Made by a program: the position numbers and the translations under genes. Source: an uncultured Candidatus Saccharibacteria bacterium (GTDB lineage: Bacteria; Patescibacteriota; Minisyncoccia; Phycocordibacterales; SBAW01). Taken from it: a DNA stretch of 64,000 nt. The notes under the pieces are model-generated. The model made no database searches. It saw only the letters and a program-made list of their open reading frames with translations, and was not told where the DNA came from. Positions 62,869-64,000 of the stretch are shown piece by piece (the first letter of the stretch is position 1; every line of letters starts with the position of its first letter). The DNA lies in the NCBI GenBank assembly GCA_964650645.1, contig CAZYUH010000001.1:79373-143372 (forward strand), in the 5' to 3' direction.

Positions 62869-63342
62869 TTACTTGCAGTTCGCGGTGCCGGTCATGATGC
62901 TCGACGTGGCGTTGCTCATGCAGGCTATGACGCCGGTCGTAACGCTTCCAAAGCCGGTTTCGAGGTACGTCTTTATCTGCCAGTCGTTGAACAGGGGCGC
63001 GCCGGTCCCGGCCCTGTTTGATACAGCATAATCGCACGCGGCCGACGCGCCCGACGTGCAGGCGGTAGTGGCGCCCGACGGATCACTGAAGGCCGTTAGG
63101 TTGGGCGACGTGCAGGCAGAAGCGCGGTTGTTGCCGGCAACCGTGCATCCGGAAAACGCGGTCGAATTGTCAGTGCCCACGAGCGCGATAACGCGGGTTG
63201 CCTGCTGGAGCTCGGCGACGCGCTTGGCGTCGCGGCCCTTGGCGCGGGCGCTGTTAAGGGAGACGAGCACGATGCTTGCCAGAATGCCGATAATCGCTAT
63301 AACCACCAACAGCTCGATGAGCGTAAAGCCGCGCTTGTTCAT
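62869..63342 (-). CDS. Type IV pilin
   Basis: [38 protein letters not shown]. Confidence 0.92.
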   Translation of the reverse strand: MNKRGFTLIELLVVIAIIGILASIVLVSLNSARAKGRDAKRVAELQQATRVIALVGTDNSTAFSGCTVAGNNRASACTSPNLTAFSDPSGATTACTSGASAACDYAVSNRAGTGAPLFNDWQIKTYLETGFGSVTTGVIACMSNATSSIMTGTANCK

Positions 63343-63393
63343 ATAACACAAGGGTAGCATTCAAATCCCCGACCCCGCCGACTTGTCCACACA

Positions 63394-63428
63394 AAGCAAA
63401 CCCCCGGCCGATGGCCGGGGGTTTGCTT
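63394..63428 (-). terminator. Hairpin after pilin gene
   Basis: aagcaaacccccggcc-gat-ggccgggggtttgctt. Confidence 0.7.
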
Positions 63429-63444
63429 GCCACAACGACTTAGA

Positions 63445-63942
63445 CTAGCTGGCGCACTGATACGGCGTAGAGGTTGCGCTGCTGATGCACACGCCTCCCG
63501 AGATCAAGCTACCAGCACCGTTCTCAAGGTAGGTGCGGATGCGCCAGTTCTGGGTTGATACGTTGTTGGGGGCTGCGGCATCTGCCGCGCCGCTCGCTTG
63601 AGATATCGCGTACTGGCACGTCGCAGACAAAGGACCAGTAAGGCCGCAGGCCGTTCCCGAAGTAGACGGATCGAGGAACTGCGAGAGGCTAGGGGTCGTG
63701 CAGGTGCTTACGTTAGGGAACGTGCCGCAAACAACATCCGTAGCCGGATCGCCGTCAGCGAGCGCCATAGCGCGCGCAATCTGCTGGAGGGAAGCTACGC
63801 GGTTTGCGTCGCGGCCCTTGGCGCGGGCGCTGTTAAGGGATACGAGCACGATGGATGCGAGGATGCCGATGATGGCGATAACCACCAAGAGCTCGATGAG
63901 GGTGAAGCCCTGCGCGAACTTCTTCGAGAACTTTGTATGCAT
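63445..63942 (-). CDS. Type IV pilin
   Basis: [35 protein letters not shown]. Confidence 0.92.
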   Translation of the reverse strand: MHTKFSKKFAQGFTLIELLVVIAIIGILASIVLVSLNSARAKGRDANRVASLQQIARAMALADGDPATDVVCGTFPNVSTCTTPSLSQFLDPSTSGTACGLTGPLSATCQYAISQASGAADAAAPNNVSTQNWRIRTYLENGAGSLISGGVCISSATSTPYQCAS

Positions 63943-64000
63943 AACGATAAGCTAAGTAATAAATCTGCGTTTTAAGAGGTAGCCGCAGGTACCCTTAGTA

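Overview
This is a high-GC, gene-dense bacterial chromosome segment with genes almost all on the minus strand and TGA used as stop (code 11). Its content (shortened RF2, many prepilin-type genes, PG-binding surface proteins, DUF5652, tRNAs mostly lacking encoded CCA) best fits a Patescibacteria/CPR (Parcubacteria-like) genome; this is inference. Core genes include a PIF1-like helicase, msrB, lexA, a sugar-scavenging cluster, a DEAD-box helicase, typA, ABC-F, pyrG, ftsEX, prfB, gatCA, ligA, a type IV pilin cluster and six tRNAs. Two accessory regions stand out. (1) A lower-GC defence island at about 10.7-19.6 kb encodes a TM0106 nuclease-helicase, ClpS-like protein, Vsr, a controller HTH, an m5C MTase, an EcoRV-like REase and a MORC/GHKL ATPase with a HEPN-like C-terminus, next to a DUF2779 gene remnant. 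(2) An apparent tRNA-anchored cassette system: downstream of tRNA-Gln and tRNA-Asp lie structured elements whose ends copy the adjacent tRNA's T-arm/acceptor. Behind tRNA-Gln, degenerate tRNA-3'-end units and a perfect 17-bp direct repeat bracket a low-GC cargo block. Also notable: a probable remote DGR target gene, a wHTH gene whose 3' end is duplicated in its own promoter, and pervasive -10-box/ATG (leaderless) starts. All calls come from reading motifs by eye; no searches were run.
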